This document shows positions 28,711 through 38,770 of a stretch of 64,000 nt of DNA, in pieces. Numbering within the stretch: position 1 is the stretch's first letter; each line of letters opens with the position of its first letter. This DNA comes from Candidatus Bathyarchaeota archaeon. Its GTDB lineage: Archaea > Thermoproteota > Bathyarchaeia > Bathyarchaeales > Bathycorpusculaceae. The position numbers and the translations under genes were made by a program. The stretch is taken from NCBI GenBank assembly GCA_963707955.1, contig OY970176.1, positions 2,272,001 to 2,336,000 on the forward strand. Reading direction: 5' to 3'. The notes below the pieces were generated by a model. It saw only the letters and a list, made by a program, of their open reading frames with translations. It had not been told where the DNA came from and searched no databases.

Positions 28711-29227
28711 AGCGCGCTGGCTTTCTCTCTAGGCGAATTACACAATACGCTAAGGACACGTTGGATTCGACCATTGAAACTAGACTTTTGTTGAGTTATC
28801 TGTGATGCCTAAAACGTGTTTTGGCAAATGGGACTGCAAAGAGTTTGGAGACACACTAGTAAGATTGTTCTACCAAGTAGCTAGTGGTTCTTGACAGCAT
28901 TACTAAGTGGAAAATAGCGCGCGTTAATCCACGAAGGCGCTCTCAGCAACCTCGTCAACCAAGCACTGGGAAACACACAGCGTGATACCTATCCTTCCGT
29001 GATCCATAAGCACTATAAAAACAAGCTTGATCTAGACTAAAAATGATCGCGCGCGCAAGAAAACTGCTCAAATCTGGCGAACCCGGTGCAAGAAAAAAAG
29101 GGAATGAGGTTGGGAATGGTTCTAGCTGTATTGGAGGTTTTGTATGCGGCTCTCGTACGAGGTTGTTCCCCAGTAGAACGTGGATGAGGTTATCTTAAGT
29201 TGGCGGTTGTAGACAGCGCGCGCGCTG

Positions 29228-29496
29228 AAGTAATATTCAGTGATGATCTCGCTAACAACGTCTCTCTTGCCTTCGAATCGAAGAGCCCAGATTCGAAAAT
29301 CCTGTTCTTGGGCGATCTTCCATCCGAAGTGCTTGACGTTGTTCACATAGAACCCGGACGATTTCATTTGGTCAAGGCTGCTCACCATGGGACTGAATTT
29401 GGCAGCAATCTCGAGCCTGTTTCTGCCGATTTCGTTTTCATATCAAGAAATGAAAGAGAGTTTAGAAATCAAGGATATTTGTCCGAATTATCTTGA
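29228..29496 (+). pseudogene. 5'-truncated ComEC/MBL-type hydrolase fragment, probably once fused to the downstream NUDIX domain
   Basis: NNVSL..ILFLGD..VKAAHHG motif; starts at CAGCGCGCGCGCTG; apparent frameshift near 29465. Confidence 0.55.
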
Positions 29497-30037
29497 CAAC
29501 TTTGGTGCCCATGTGCTGAGCAGTCAGCTGTTGGGTAGCTGTCATCTGAAGAGGATTCTTCAGTTCAGCAGAAGGCAGGCAGAACCGAGATGCTCCGCAG
29601 GATGCATTGTATTTACGGGGAAAGGGAAAGCAATTCGCTTCCTTATGTTGCGTCGCGAGAAAAGTGCCGTTTGGGACTTCCCGAAAGGCAAGGCCAAAGA
29701 CAAGGACAAATCCTCAAGAGAAACGGCACTGCGGGAGGTCGCAGAAGAAACCGGGCTGACCATAAAAATTCTACAAGGATTCAACTGTGTCTCGCACTAT
29801 TCCGATTTGGACCCAGTCTCTGACTGGATCTATCCTTTCCTATATGACGGTGATGTCCGCTTGTTCATCGCGAAAGCGCTAAACACAGAAGTTCACCTCC
29901 AGATGAGTGCTGAACACGATCTTTACGCATGGCTTCCGTTCCAAGAGGCAATGGAAAGATTGACCCTTCAAGACTCAAGAGACGCATTGGCGGAAGCTCA
30001 TGAATTCTTGAAGCCCATGCCCCCTATATTTTCGTAG
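29387..30037 (+). CDS. NUDIX hydrolase (Ap4A hydrolase-like); N-terminus uncertain
   Basis: WDFPKG...ETALREVAEETGL Nudix box, SAEHDLYAW. Confidence 0.85.
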   Translation: MGLNLAAISSLFLPISFSYQEMKESLEIKDICPNYLDNFGAHVLSSQLLGSCHLKRILQFSRRQAEPRCSAGCIVFTGKGKAIRFLMLRREKSAVWDFPKGKAKDKDKSSRETALREVAEETGLTIKILQGFNCVSHYSDLDPVSDWIYPFLYDGDVRLFIAKALNTEVHLQMSAEHDLYAWLPFQEAMERLTLQDSRDALAEAHEFLKPMPPIFS

Positions 30038-30388
30038 CTCGAAAACGCGCGCACAGTGCCATAACTTAGCCTACCCTTGGTGCCCGCGCATTGCATCAAA
30101 CCAGGACTGTTTGCACACGCTAATCATAAATATCAATAGTGTGACATATGACAAGTGATGTTACAATGCCTCGGAACCTTGCTTTGGCAATCTTCGTGGT
30201 TTTTTGATGTTAGGCATTGTCTTAAGTCTAAACGTTTCAACTGCGAAGGCAACGTGGTGACTAGATCTCTGTTCTGTAAAAAAGGGGAGATGCGAGTGAT
30301 ATCCACTGTGGTGGATTCACGTTCCACTTCCGAGACTTCCAACGTACGTCCCTCTGTCTCTGAAAACAGGCTTTGACTGGTATCTTAG

Positions 30389-30601
30389 TTACGAAGGTTT
30401 GACTATTTCCACGTAGTAGCGCCCATCTTTAGTTCTTTTTATTCCACGAATCTTGGCCAGATCGTGGTTCAGAATCCACTCTTCGAGACCTAACTCTTCA
30501 GGCCTTTTAGCAGTTTCTTCTGACACAGCGCCCAGTTCTTTCATCTTTCTCCTGGCCAAATCTGCGCGGATACCTAATCCAACCAAGAGTCCTGCCATTG
30601 C
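30389..30601 (-). CDS. small hypothetical membrane-anchored protein
   Basis: GAGGTG RBS; ELGAVSEETAKRPEELG...TKDGRYY. Confidence 0.65.
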   Translation of the reverse strand, partial: AMAGLLVGLGIRADLARRKMKELGAVSEETAKRPEELGLEEWILNHDLAKIRGIKRTKDGRYYVEIVKPS

Positions 30602-30623
30602 CAACACCTCAGAGAGAGTTGCT

Positions 30624-30986
30624 TTAAGGCGATATAAACCATGGGATGCAAACGGTTGTCGTTATGTCTCCTATCTCATAAGGGCCATAATATTTGTAGC
30701 ATGTTGCCTCCAAATGACCATCAAAGACAACTTCTGTTAAGCCGCACGTCTTAGCGCCAACGGGATCCGATCCCAGGAAGATTAGATCGCTTGCGCTACC
30801 ACCTGTATTGTTATTTGCAATGTAGAAATTTAACTGGCTCTGATATAGGCCGTACTTTTCGCCATAATAGTCGCCGAGAAGGTTGTTCGACGTAAGCTGC
30901 ACATGATGTGTCTGTGCAATTGTTTCGTTGTACCCTGATACTGGCTGTCCTTGCGTATAATCAAAAGCAGTGGCTACTCCCTTCAT
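30624..30986 (-). pseudogene. 3' fragment of an unrelated exported protein gene
   Basis: Open frame with no proper start, beginning at the TCGCGCGCGCGA junction. Confidence 0.45.
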
Positions 30987-31983
30987 TCGCGCGCGCGATC
31001 CATAGTGCAGGACCGTTTGCACCGTTGCCCCCATTTAAGAAAGTATCGACGCCTTGTGGGTCGTTTTCGAAGACTTGGCCATTGTCAGCCCATATTCCAA
31101 CGGTGTACCAAGAAACGCTTTCATTGTTGACTTTGTCAAAGGTTATCGCGACACCCCATGCTGGATAAATCGCAAAATCGTCTCCTCTGAACATGTCAAT
31201 GTCCCGGAGCCAAGTGAGTGACGCATTCACAGAGACGACCCGCTGTCCGTGTTGTTGCGCGTAGTTTTGGGCAATGGAATTTGCGATGACCTCTGCTTCT
31301 TCCTCTGAGACAGTAATGTTTGTACTTGCAACGTAATAGAGGTCCATGTTATCGGAGATCGAGGTTACTAGGCCGTTCTTTGACACGCATATTCCCAGAA
31401 ATTCCTCAAAATTCGTGTTGTTTATTCTTTTCGCCCATTGAAGGTCGGTGTATCTCCTGTAGTCTTCGGGCGTTGAGCAGTTTGCAACGCATGACGCATT
31501 CAGTACAGTGTCGCCATTTTCGGCAGAGAATTTAGAATTGTTAAGCGCAGCGGGGATCATTTCGGCGAATGTGTCGCCATAGGTCAAGTTCAGGGTTTCT
31601 CCGTATTGTCTGACAGTTCTGCTTGCCACTGCTAAACAGTTGCTAAAAGTTTCATTTCCAGAGAACTGGGTAGTAGGTGAGGTTAAGTCAAACATGGTGA
31701 GTTTTCCATCCTCGAGGAGCATCGAAGCCACGAACGTGTCGTTGTTGACTGTGACCTCCAATTGCATGGGAGTCTCAACGTGTTCAGAACCAGTCATTGT
31801 GCTACCTGTCGTGGAGTTGAAGGAGACGATTTGGAAATTGCTGAATCCGATGACCTTCGTCAGAAAATTCGTGGCGAACTGCCCTGTAACGTCATACGCG
31901 TGCCCATGCACAATCGTAGTCGGCAGGGTTGCCGAGAATACGAGAAAGATGCCTAAGAAAGCCATGATACACTTCTTGCTCAT
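30961..31983 (-). CDS. secreted hypothetical protein, C-terminus truncated at GC palindrome
   Basis: Signal peptide; YPAWGVAITFDK..VGIWADNGQV; last residues (ARANEGSSHCF) read through the junction. Confidence 0.75.
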   Translation of the reverse strand: MSKKCIMAFLGIFLVFSATLPTTIVHGHAYDVTGQFATNFLTKVIGFSNFQIVSFNSTTGSTMTGSEHVETPMQLEVTVNNDTFVASMLLEDGKLTMFDLTSPTTQFSGNETFSNCLAVASRTVRQYGETLNLTYGDTFAEMIPAALNNSKFSAENGDTVLNASCVANCSTPEDYRRYTDLQWAKRINNTNFEEFLGICVSKNGLVTSISDNMDLYYVASTNITVSEEEAEVIANSIAQNYAQQHGQRVVSVNASLTWLRDIDMFRGDDFAIYPAWGVAITFDKVNNESVSWYTVGIWADNGQVFENDPQGVDTFLNGGNGANGPALWIARANEGSSHCF

Positions 31984-32309
31984 GGTTTTTCCCCAAATTG
32001 TATAGAAACACTCCGGCTTTTAAGATTTTGCATACATTTGCTAGTTGTATTGACAAAAATGAAAAAAGCGTTCTCACCGTGCAATTAGCCCTCTTGTATC
32101 ATCGAGCCATCACCCCACCGTTAACAGGGAGAAGCATCACCCCGTCAAGTTATCAGAACCAGATATTACTTCCTTCTAAATTTCTTCTCACCATTCCCCG
32201 CCTACCGTTAAAATCTGTTTCCCAAGCGTTGAGAACCCAGAGTTCGATAGTGAACCGTGTCTTTCAGATTTATCATGAAGGTTTCAATGTCAGGCCTTTC
32301 CAGAAACTT

Positions 32310-32472
32310 GCAGCTCTGATCAGTTGGCCTAAGACAAAGAGAATGCTGGTTACAGCATATTTGAAGCAGCGGGCTCGAACCCGTTTAGGTCTAAGTCCGG
32401 CTCGGCCCATTTTTAGCAGAGAGAGAAAGTGGACTTGACCCCGTTTGGGTTCTAATCCCAACCGGTCCACCA
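32310..32472 (+). mobile_element. ~115-bp element copy C with two tandem right ends and two tRNA-3'-like tails
   Basis: Core match, then GGTCTAAGTCCGGCTCGGCCCA and GGGTTCTAATCCCAACCGGTCCACCA. Confidence 0.75.
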
Positions 32473-32496
32473 CCGTTTTTGCTGCTCGCCTCTGGT

Positions 32497-33467
32497 TTAG
32501 TACCCGAGGTTTTTGTCTACGACGTTGATTAGGGGTTGTTTGTGAATGAATCGGTTCAGGTTTTCTGTGAATATGTTCGTTAATCGTTCGGCGTAGTGTG
32601 GTGTGTCCCCCGCGATGTGAGGGGTGATTATGACGTTCTTGAAGTTCCAGAGTTCGCTGTTTTCTGGTAGGGGTTCGTTTTCAAAGGTGTCCAAGCCCGC
32701 GCCGGCGATCCATCCTTTTTTGAGGGCTTGAACGAGTTTGTTTTCTTGAATGATTTTTCCTCTGCTCACGTTGATGAGTATGCCCGTGCGTTTCATGCTT
32801 CTTAACTGCCTTTCTCCGATCATTCCTTCTGTTTCCTTAGTCAGGGGCAAAGAGAGAACGGCGAAGTCAGACTCGGCGAGCAACTGGTTCAAATCAGCGG
32901 GGTGGATAAGCCTGTCAACATAGGTCGATGCTGCACTGGTCGGGTCTCTTTTCGTGGCGATCACCCTCATTCCGAGGCACTTTGCTTTTTTGGCAATCTC
33001 CGTTCCGATCTTGCCAAGTCCTACTATTCCTAGGGTTTTGCCTGACAATTCTTCGATCATCGGCGAGGTCCATGTTTCGGGCCGTTCCCACTTCTTCTCC
33101 GTCTGATTTCTGATGAAGACATGCAACCTTCGAGTGAAACAGAGCATCATACCGATGACGTGTTCCGAGATGGGCGTTGGATGGATGCCTCCAGCGTTCG
33201 TCACAATCACCCTGCTGTTTACTACTTCCGGAATGAGAATCCTCTCAACACCCGCGCCCCAAGATTGGATCCACTTCAGTTTCTTGGCAGCTTGGAACAG
33301 TTCTTTCGAAAAGAAACCAGCAAACAGACCATCCACATCCTTGGCAAGGGCCAGACTTCTTCTTTCTCTTCGCTCTTCACGACTTCAACTTCAGGCGAAA
33401 CATTCCTGATCTTCTCAACATAAATCTCGGGCAAATCGAAAGAAATCAGAATCTTCGTCATTACCAT
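32497..33467 (-). pseudogene. D-2-hydroxyacid dehydrogenase, frameshifted near 33354 (or sequencing indel)
   Basis: GIVGLGKIG, INVSRG, AGLDTFENEPL, ITPHIAG; N-terminus in another frame with GGAGGT RBS. Confidence 0.85.
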
Positions 33468-33551
33468 ATCAGAGACCTCCAATCAGGATCGACCAGTCAA
33501 CATATGTCAACTTAGACAAGGGGACACGACGGTATTTAAATCGCGCGCGCT

Positions 33552-33659
33552 CGGGACGGGCAGCTCTGAATCAGTTGGCCTAAGACAAAGAGAATGCTGG
33601 TCACAGGATATTTGAAGCAGCTGACTCGAACCCATTTGGGTTCTAATCCCTAGAGACCA
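33552..33659 (+). mobile_element. ~115-bp element copy D, left end cut at GC palindrome 33541
   Basis: GGGACGGGCAGCTCTGAATCAGTTGGCCTAAGACAAAGAGAATGCTGG...GAACCCATTTGGGTTCTAATCCC. Confidence 0.8.
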
Positions 33660-33761
33660 ATTCCGGAAACGGTACGAATCCTTATAGTTCTGCCTTTCTT
33701 GCACAAGCGCGCGCTAAGTGGCTTTTCACGGCCGTCTTGAGGCGTGCGAGTTCTCTTTTAC

Positions 33762-34133
33762 TTACGCTTGAATGTGTTGATGTTGTTTTTCTTTGCTTCT
33801 TTCACTGTTGTATCTTTCCCTCAGCCTTCTTATTCTGTCTTGGAGTACTGCTAGTCCCTTTTCAGGGCTCAACCCTAACTCTTGTGATAGTGCTTCTACG
33901 ATTGCGTCCTCTAGGATTGTGGGAGCGCCGAGAATCTGTCCTCTGCTTGTCCCGAGTAGGTCTCTGAGCTTTGCGGAAAACAGGTCTAACTTTGTGGGTA
34001 TGTCCTGCATGGGACAAGAGCTCTTTTCGAGGTAGTCGTAGATTATGAGTGTGTTTCGGTCGCCCAGGACGTACCTGAGTGTTTTGTCTAAGGTTTTGAG
34101 TAGGATCTCATCGAATTCGTCCATGCTTTGCAA
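33762..34133 (-). CDS. conserved archaeal hypothetical protein (DUF3227/NitrOD5-like)
   Basis: LDKTLRYVLG..IYDYLE..DIPTKLDLFSAKLRDLLG pattern. Confidence 0.65.
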   Translation of the reverse strand: MQSMDEFDEILLKTLDKTLRYVLGDRNTLIIYDYLEKSSCPMQDIPTKLDLFSAKLRDLLGTSRGQILGAPTILEDAIVEALSQELGLSPEKGLAVLQDRIRRLRERYNSERSKEKQHQHIQA

Positions 34134-34266
34134 CCCGCTTGATTTCTATGCCTTTCACCCTGCAACTTATGGCACGACCGCTCTCAGCGTCTTTTCAAGG
34201 ACGAGTCACCGTTTGGGTTTGCGTTCGGACGGTTTTGAAGAGGCGAACCGTTCGCACCACATCCCT

Positions 34267-34695
34267 CTACTTTCTCTTCACGTGTCTGCAGTGGTTCTGA
34301 AGGGGCTGTGCCCACTCGCGGGAAGAAGTCCTTATCGTCACTTCTGTTGTGTTGAGGCCCAGTGCGATCTGTCTCTGAGTTCTGATGCTGCCGCACCGTT
34401 GCCCTAGAAGGTAGAACAGTCCGCCTACGATTCCCTTTGCGCTCTTGCCGCTGAAAAACGTTGGGTCTGTCTGGTACTTTTCGCGGATGACGGTCAGGGT
34501 CTCTGACGCTATTTCTGTGGCCACTTGGTTTTGACTCTGCCATATTTTCTGCGCGAGTGACAGTATCTCTTGTTCTCCTATTCGGTTCAGGATGCGAGTC
34601 CTCTCGGCCTTGCTCATCATTGTTCTACTCGATTTTTCATGCTCGTTCGTTTTGATTCCGCCGTAGCTGCACTTTTTTCTGTCCTGTCGAAGCAT
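34267..34695 (-). CDS. stand-alone TFIIB-type cyclin-repeat protein; start probably 34620
   Basis: GKSAKGIVGGLFYL..RTQRQIALGLNTTEVTIR matches the TFB second cyclin repeat/HTH. Confidence 0.7.
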   Translation of the reverse strand: MLRQDRKKCSYGGIKTNEHEKSSRTMMSKAERTRILNRIGEQEILSLAQKIWQSQNQVATEIASETLTVIREKYQTDPTFFSGKSAKGIVGGLFYLLGQRCGSIRTQRQIALGLNTTEVTIRTSSREWAQPLQNHCRHVKRK

Positions 34696-34865
34696 GTTGC
34701 ACCTGTTAATTCATGTGTGAAGATGTCGGCGATAGAACTCTCGGTTTTCTTTTGGTCTGGAACATGCATGAGACTCGGAGCGCGGCTTGTTCTCACTAAG
34801 TGCCTTTCCGCGTGTATATTTTACTTTCGGTCTGTTTGGCGAATATTTTGCGTAAAAAGTAAAAG

Positions 34866-35999
34866 CTAACAGGTTACGGCCGATTCGTTTATCGTGAACT
34901 GGAGTCTCTCTAGGTATTTTTCGCTGTCGTATTCCCACTTGTTGTTCTTGAAGTACTCGTATGAGATGGTTTGTCTTTCTGTTTTGGTCGCGTCTTCGGT
35001 CACGTATTCGTAGGTTTCAATAAATCCGTTTCTGACGAGTTTGGAGAGCGTCGTGATAAAGTGCGTGAGTTCTTGTCTCGGCATGTAGATTCGGACGAAC
35101 AGATGGTTCTTGTCGTACACTTTTCCCATGGCTCTGACGAAGGGCTTGTCCAACAGTGAACAGGCGAACTTCTTGAATGTCTCGTGGTCCTTGAACGAAA
35201 ATATGAAGAAGTGAAGGTCAGGGGACAATTCCTTATAGTGGTCTGCGAGTATCTGGGGCCCTTCAAACATCTGTTTTTTTACTACGTGATTGTCATAGTG
35301 GTACTTTATTCTCTGCTCGCTCGTGCCAAGCTTCTCTGCTATTCGCTGGAGTCTGATGGTGCAGTCTTTTTCAAGCTCTTTCAGTATCATGATGTCCGTC
35401 CAGTCTGCTTTCTGGGGGTAGTCGGCGGATTGTCTGAGTGTGAAGGGCAATTCTCCCTGGCAGATCTGTGATTCGCGAAGCCACAGGTCCCAGGGAAAGA
35501 CCCAGTTTTCCGAGGCGCCGTCAAACCATGTGCTGGTGGTGTTCACACTGTGTATGCACGTTGACCAAAGGTGTCTGACTTCTGTTATGGTGCTCGTTTC
35601 CCTGAGTTGGTTTATGAATTCTTCAAACTTGTTTTCTTTTCCAGCTGGGATGCCGTAGGTTGCTACGCATCCGGGCTTCCCAATGCATTGACTGACGTAA
35701 AGCCAGTAATCGTTGCACTTTAGGCATTTGTAGAGGAGGTCTTCGTATCCTGGCTTGGATTCGGCCAGCACCACCACTTTTCTTAGGCCAATGTTGGTGT
35801 GGTACAAGTTTCCCTGCAAATACAGAGAAAAATGGGAACGAAGATGGTTGATCCTGTGCAGCAATGTTTCTCTGGGCATGTTGAGCTGCGCTGCGAGGTT
35901 AGTCATGTTTCTGGCGTGGTACAGCGCTAGTCCTTCCAGTACTTTCACATCAATCCAGCGAAGCTTTGCCTGCTTAGTCGACTTCGTCAATGTGACCAC
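34866..35999 (-). CDS. large transcriptional regulator with two Lrp/AsnC-like wHTH modules
   Basis: NMTNLAAQLNMPRETLLHRINHL and DIMILKELEKD..IAEKLGTSEQRIKYHY. Confidence 0.75.
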   Translation of the reverse strand: MVTLTKSTKQAKLRWIDVKVLEGLALYHARNMTNLAAQLNMPRETLLHRINHLRSHFSLYLQGNLYHTNIGLRKVVVLAESKPGYEDLLYKCLKCNDYWLYVSQCIGKPGCVATYGIPAGKENKFEEFINQLRETSTITEVRHLWSTCIHSVNTTSTWFDGASENWVFPWDLWLRESQICQGELPFTLRQSADYPQKADWTDIMILKELEKDCTIRLQRIAEKLGTSEQRIKYHYDNHVVKKQMFEGPQILADHYKELSPDLHFFIFSFKDHETFKKFACSLLDKPFVRAMGKVYDKNHLFVRIYMPRQELTHFITTLSKLVRNGFIETYEYVTEDATKTERQTISYEYFKNNKWEYDSEKYLERLQFTINESAVTC

Positions 36000-36049
36000 G
36001 TCAGCACCGTTAGCGTGTTATAGGCAGTGTGACTTTAGAAACTTTTGGT

Positions 36050-36259
36050 CTAACCAAGTCCGCCTAACACCATCGGCGTTCCGCCGCCTGGAACAGGATC
36101 ACCCATCATCGGACTCGCGTAATCGGCTGTTGGCGCGTGCACGTCGAGTACTTTCCATCCGAGGCTCTTTGCGAAGACTGTGGGGATTATTGCGGCGGCA
36201 AGGACTGCTGAGCACAACAGGACAAGCATAGGCAAGAACTTGACGATTTTTGAGGCCAT
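36050..36259 (-). CDS. small secreted peptide (69 aa)
   Basis: AAGGAGGTGAA RBS, TTTATTTA box, signal peptide ending VFA, Gly/Pro-rich tail GDPVPGGGTP. Confidence 0.7.
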   Translation of the reverse strand: MASKIVKFLPMLVLLCSAVLAAAIIPTVFAKSLGWKVLDVHAPTADYASPMMGDPVPGGGTPMVLGGLG

Positions 36260-36490
36260 GTGTTCACCTCCTTTTACATTCGGTAATAGAAATCATGCTT
36301 ATCTAGCATAAATAAAAAACGTCTGTGAGGGTAACGCTCAGCGCGCGTTTGGCAATGGAACCAACACGTTCTGCTCTCTAGGGTGCTCTAGAGTTGACAG
36401 TGACGCGTCAAAGTAATCGTTAAATGGGCAGAGGACAATTACAACGTGCCTGAGCTGCTTGGCGCTCGCCGTTTTGGAGATGAATCATGA

Positions 36491-38626
36491 ATGAGCACGG
36501 AAATAGGTGAGGATGACTCAGGAAATGCCGCTTCGGGTTTCCTGTTCTTAGGCAAAACCGTGGTTGATGAGACTGAGGTTCTGTTGCCGATTCAGGCTTT
36601 CAAGCGTCATTTCATGGCGCTCGGGGGAAGCGGTTCGGGTAAGACCGTGCTGTGCAAATGTGTCATTGAGGAGGCCGTGCGGAACAACGTTCCAGTCCTA
36701 ATAGTCGATCCGCAGGGGGACATTTCGTCCCTTGCGATAAAGGGTGACGTCGAGGAGTTGATGCGGCACGGGACAGCGGTTGAAGTGCAGGAGGACTTTT
36801 TCAGTAAGGCGCGTGTAGCGATTTTTACTCCTGCGAGCAACAGGGCGATTCCGATATGTGTCAACCCTTTCAGGTCTCCTTCACAGGACATTCCGCATGA
36901 GGAGGCGGTACAGGCCATCGATCTCACGGCGGATTCTCTAGCGGGCTTCCTAGGTTATGATCTAAACGGGGACGCTGGAAAAAGTGCGAAGGCTTACATC
37001 TTCACGATTCTGGAATACATGTGGCAACAGGGACAGAGAATCGGTGACATGGCTCAACTCGCCGACGTCGTATTGAACCCTCCTGAGAAGATTACTGCGA
37101 CTCTGAACGGTCTTGTGGCGAAGAAAGAACCTGAGGAGATTGCCCGAAAGCTGCGTTTCTTGACAGTGGGCACTTCGTCGCTCATGTTTCAGATGGGAGT
37201 CCAAATAGACATCAACCTGTTCGTGGACAACAGCGATGGAAAAGTACCGGTGAACATAATCTATCTTAACACGTTGACGTCTGAGAACGATAAACAGTTT
37301 TTCTTGGCTACGTTGCTTAAGGAGCTTTATTGTTGGATGCTGAAGAACCCCTCCAACGATTTGCGGATGCTCTTCTACGTTGATGAAATCTCACCTTACA
37401 TTCCACCCTACCCGAGGAACCCGCCGCCAAAAAACGCTTACACGCTCCTGTTTAAGCAGGCGAGAAAGTACGGCATAGGACTCGTTGCGGCCACCCAGAA
37501 CATCACGGACATAGACTACAAAGCATTGGCGCAGGTCAACACGTGGTGTCTAGGCCGCATGATGACAACCCAAGACATCGCGAGAGTCCAGAAAATCATT
37601 CAGTCCATCGACCCCGTACATGCTGATGCCGTTTTGCAGAAACTGCCCAGCCTGCAGACGGGCGAGTTTCTTCTCCTGTCTCCAGACCTGTACAGTGACG
37701 TAGTCGATTTTGACGTTCGGTGGTTGGTCAGTAAACACTTGACGTTGGACGAGAGGAATCTCGCCCAGTACGTGCCCGCAGAATCAAGGGCCTTTTTCGA
37801 AAAACACGTGCAGGCGGATGTCATGAAGAAATGGACCAATGCTGCCCATTTTGAACCGTCTAAGACTCTGGATGAAAAGATTCAACGGTTACTCCGTTCA
37901 GAAGGAAGGGCCGTTCCAGCATTGTTCGTAGCAACGGACCTGAAGATAAGTCAGGGGGACTCTGAGAGGGTCTTGGCTAGTCTTGTAAAAGCTGGAATAG
38001 TCAAGAAGGGCCGAAACAAGGCTGATGGTGAAACCTTGTACTGGCTGTCAGAATTCAACTTGGACCCGTCTATAGGCATTAGAGGTGAAGTGTTGATGAT
38101 TTCTCCAGTAATCAGCCAAGCAGAAGCCGTGAAAAAGTCTGCTCCTCTGCTTGAGGGGGGAGTGTTTCATAAAGACGAGCAAGTCTACGATGCTGAGTTC
38201 CGCTATGTGCCCCTCTGGAGAGTGAGGGCAACCAAAGAAACACGATTGCTTCTCGTCAAGAAGAAAGAGGCACGCACATACTACGTCAGCGGAGAGATGG
38301 GTGACCTCGTATCGCTGGAAAAAAGGGAGATAATGTTTCACAAGTTGCTTTCAGGCACGTCTCAGAAACTCAGAAATCTGGATGAGGACAAACGCTTTAC
38401 ATTCGTCTCAAAAATGCCCGGCGAAATGGACAAGTTACCCCAGATAAGGCTAAGCAAGAATAAAGCGTGTCAGACGTTGGAATTGAAGATAGGCGTGAAG
38501 TCAGAGTCAGCGGAACTGGTTCTGCTGCCCATCTGGAGCCTTAAGGTGCAGCACAAAACGAAGAAGGCAAGACGCACAATCAACATGGATGCAGCCACGG
38601 GACGCCTGCTTGTTGGGAACGTTTAG
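36491..38626 (+). CDS. HerA/FtsK-superfamily ATPase (DUF87/DUF853-like) with C-terminal extension
   Basis: HFMALGGSGSGKT, IVDPQGD, FYVDEI, KQARKYGIGLVAATQ. Confidence 0.85.
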   Translation: MSTEIGEDDSGNAASGFLFLGKTVVDETEVLLPIQAFKRHFMALGGSGSGKTVLCKCVIEEAVRNNVPVLIVDPQGDISSLAIKGDVEELMRHGTAVEVQEDFFSKARVAIFTPASNRAIPICVNPFRSPSQDIPHEEAVQAIDLTADSLAGFLGYDLNGDAGKSAKAYIFTILEYMWQQGQRIGDMAQLADVVLNPPEKITATLNGLVAKKEPEEIARKLRFLTVGTSSLMFQMGVQIDINLFVDNSDGKVPVNIIYLNTLTSENDKQFFLATLLKELYCWMLKNPSNDLRMLFYVDEISPYIPPYPRNPPPKNAYTLLFKQARKYGIGLVAATQNITDIDYKALAQVNTWCLGRMMTTQDIARVQKIIQSIDPVHADAVLQKLPSLQTGEFLLLSPDLYSDVVDFDVRWLVSKHLTLDERNLAQYVPAESRAFFEKHVQADVMKKWTNAAHFEPSKTLDEKIQRLLRSEGRAVPALFVATDLKISQGDSERVLASLVKAGIVKKGRNKADGETLYWLSEFNLDPSIGIRGEVLMISPVISQAEAVKKSAPLLEGGVFHKDEQVYDAEFRYVPLWRVRATKETRLLLVKKKEARTYYVSGEMGDLVSLEKREIMFHKLLSGTSQKLRNLDEDKRFTFVSKMPGEMDKLPQIRLSKNKACQTLELKIGVKSESAELVLLPIWSLKVQHKTKKARRTINMDAATGRLLVGNV

Positions 38627-38770
38627 AAGCATTTGCACGCTAAATGGCGCGCGCTTGTTACAGTTTATGTGTCTCCAACCCCTAGGGAAAACCTTTCGAA
38701 TCAAATCGTCGGAAACACAGAATAGTGAAAAAAGCACACGAGTCACTTAAGATAGCGCTTGCTCGGTTGG

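Noticed and set aside
32385-32472. tRNA genes
   Set aside because: Only T-arm/acceptor 3'-like ends with altered T-loops; no D-arm, anticodon arm or 5' acceptor strand.
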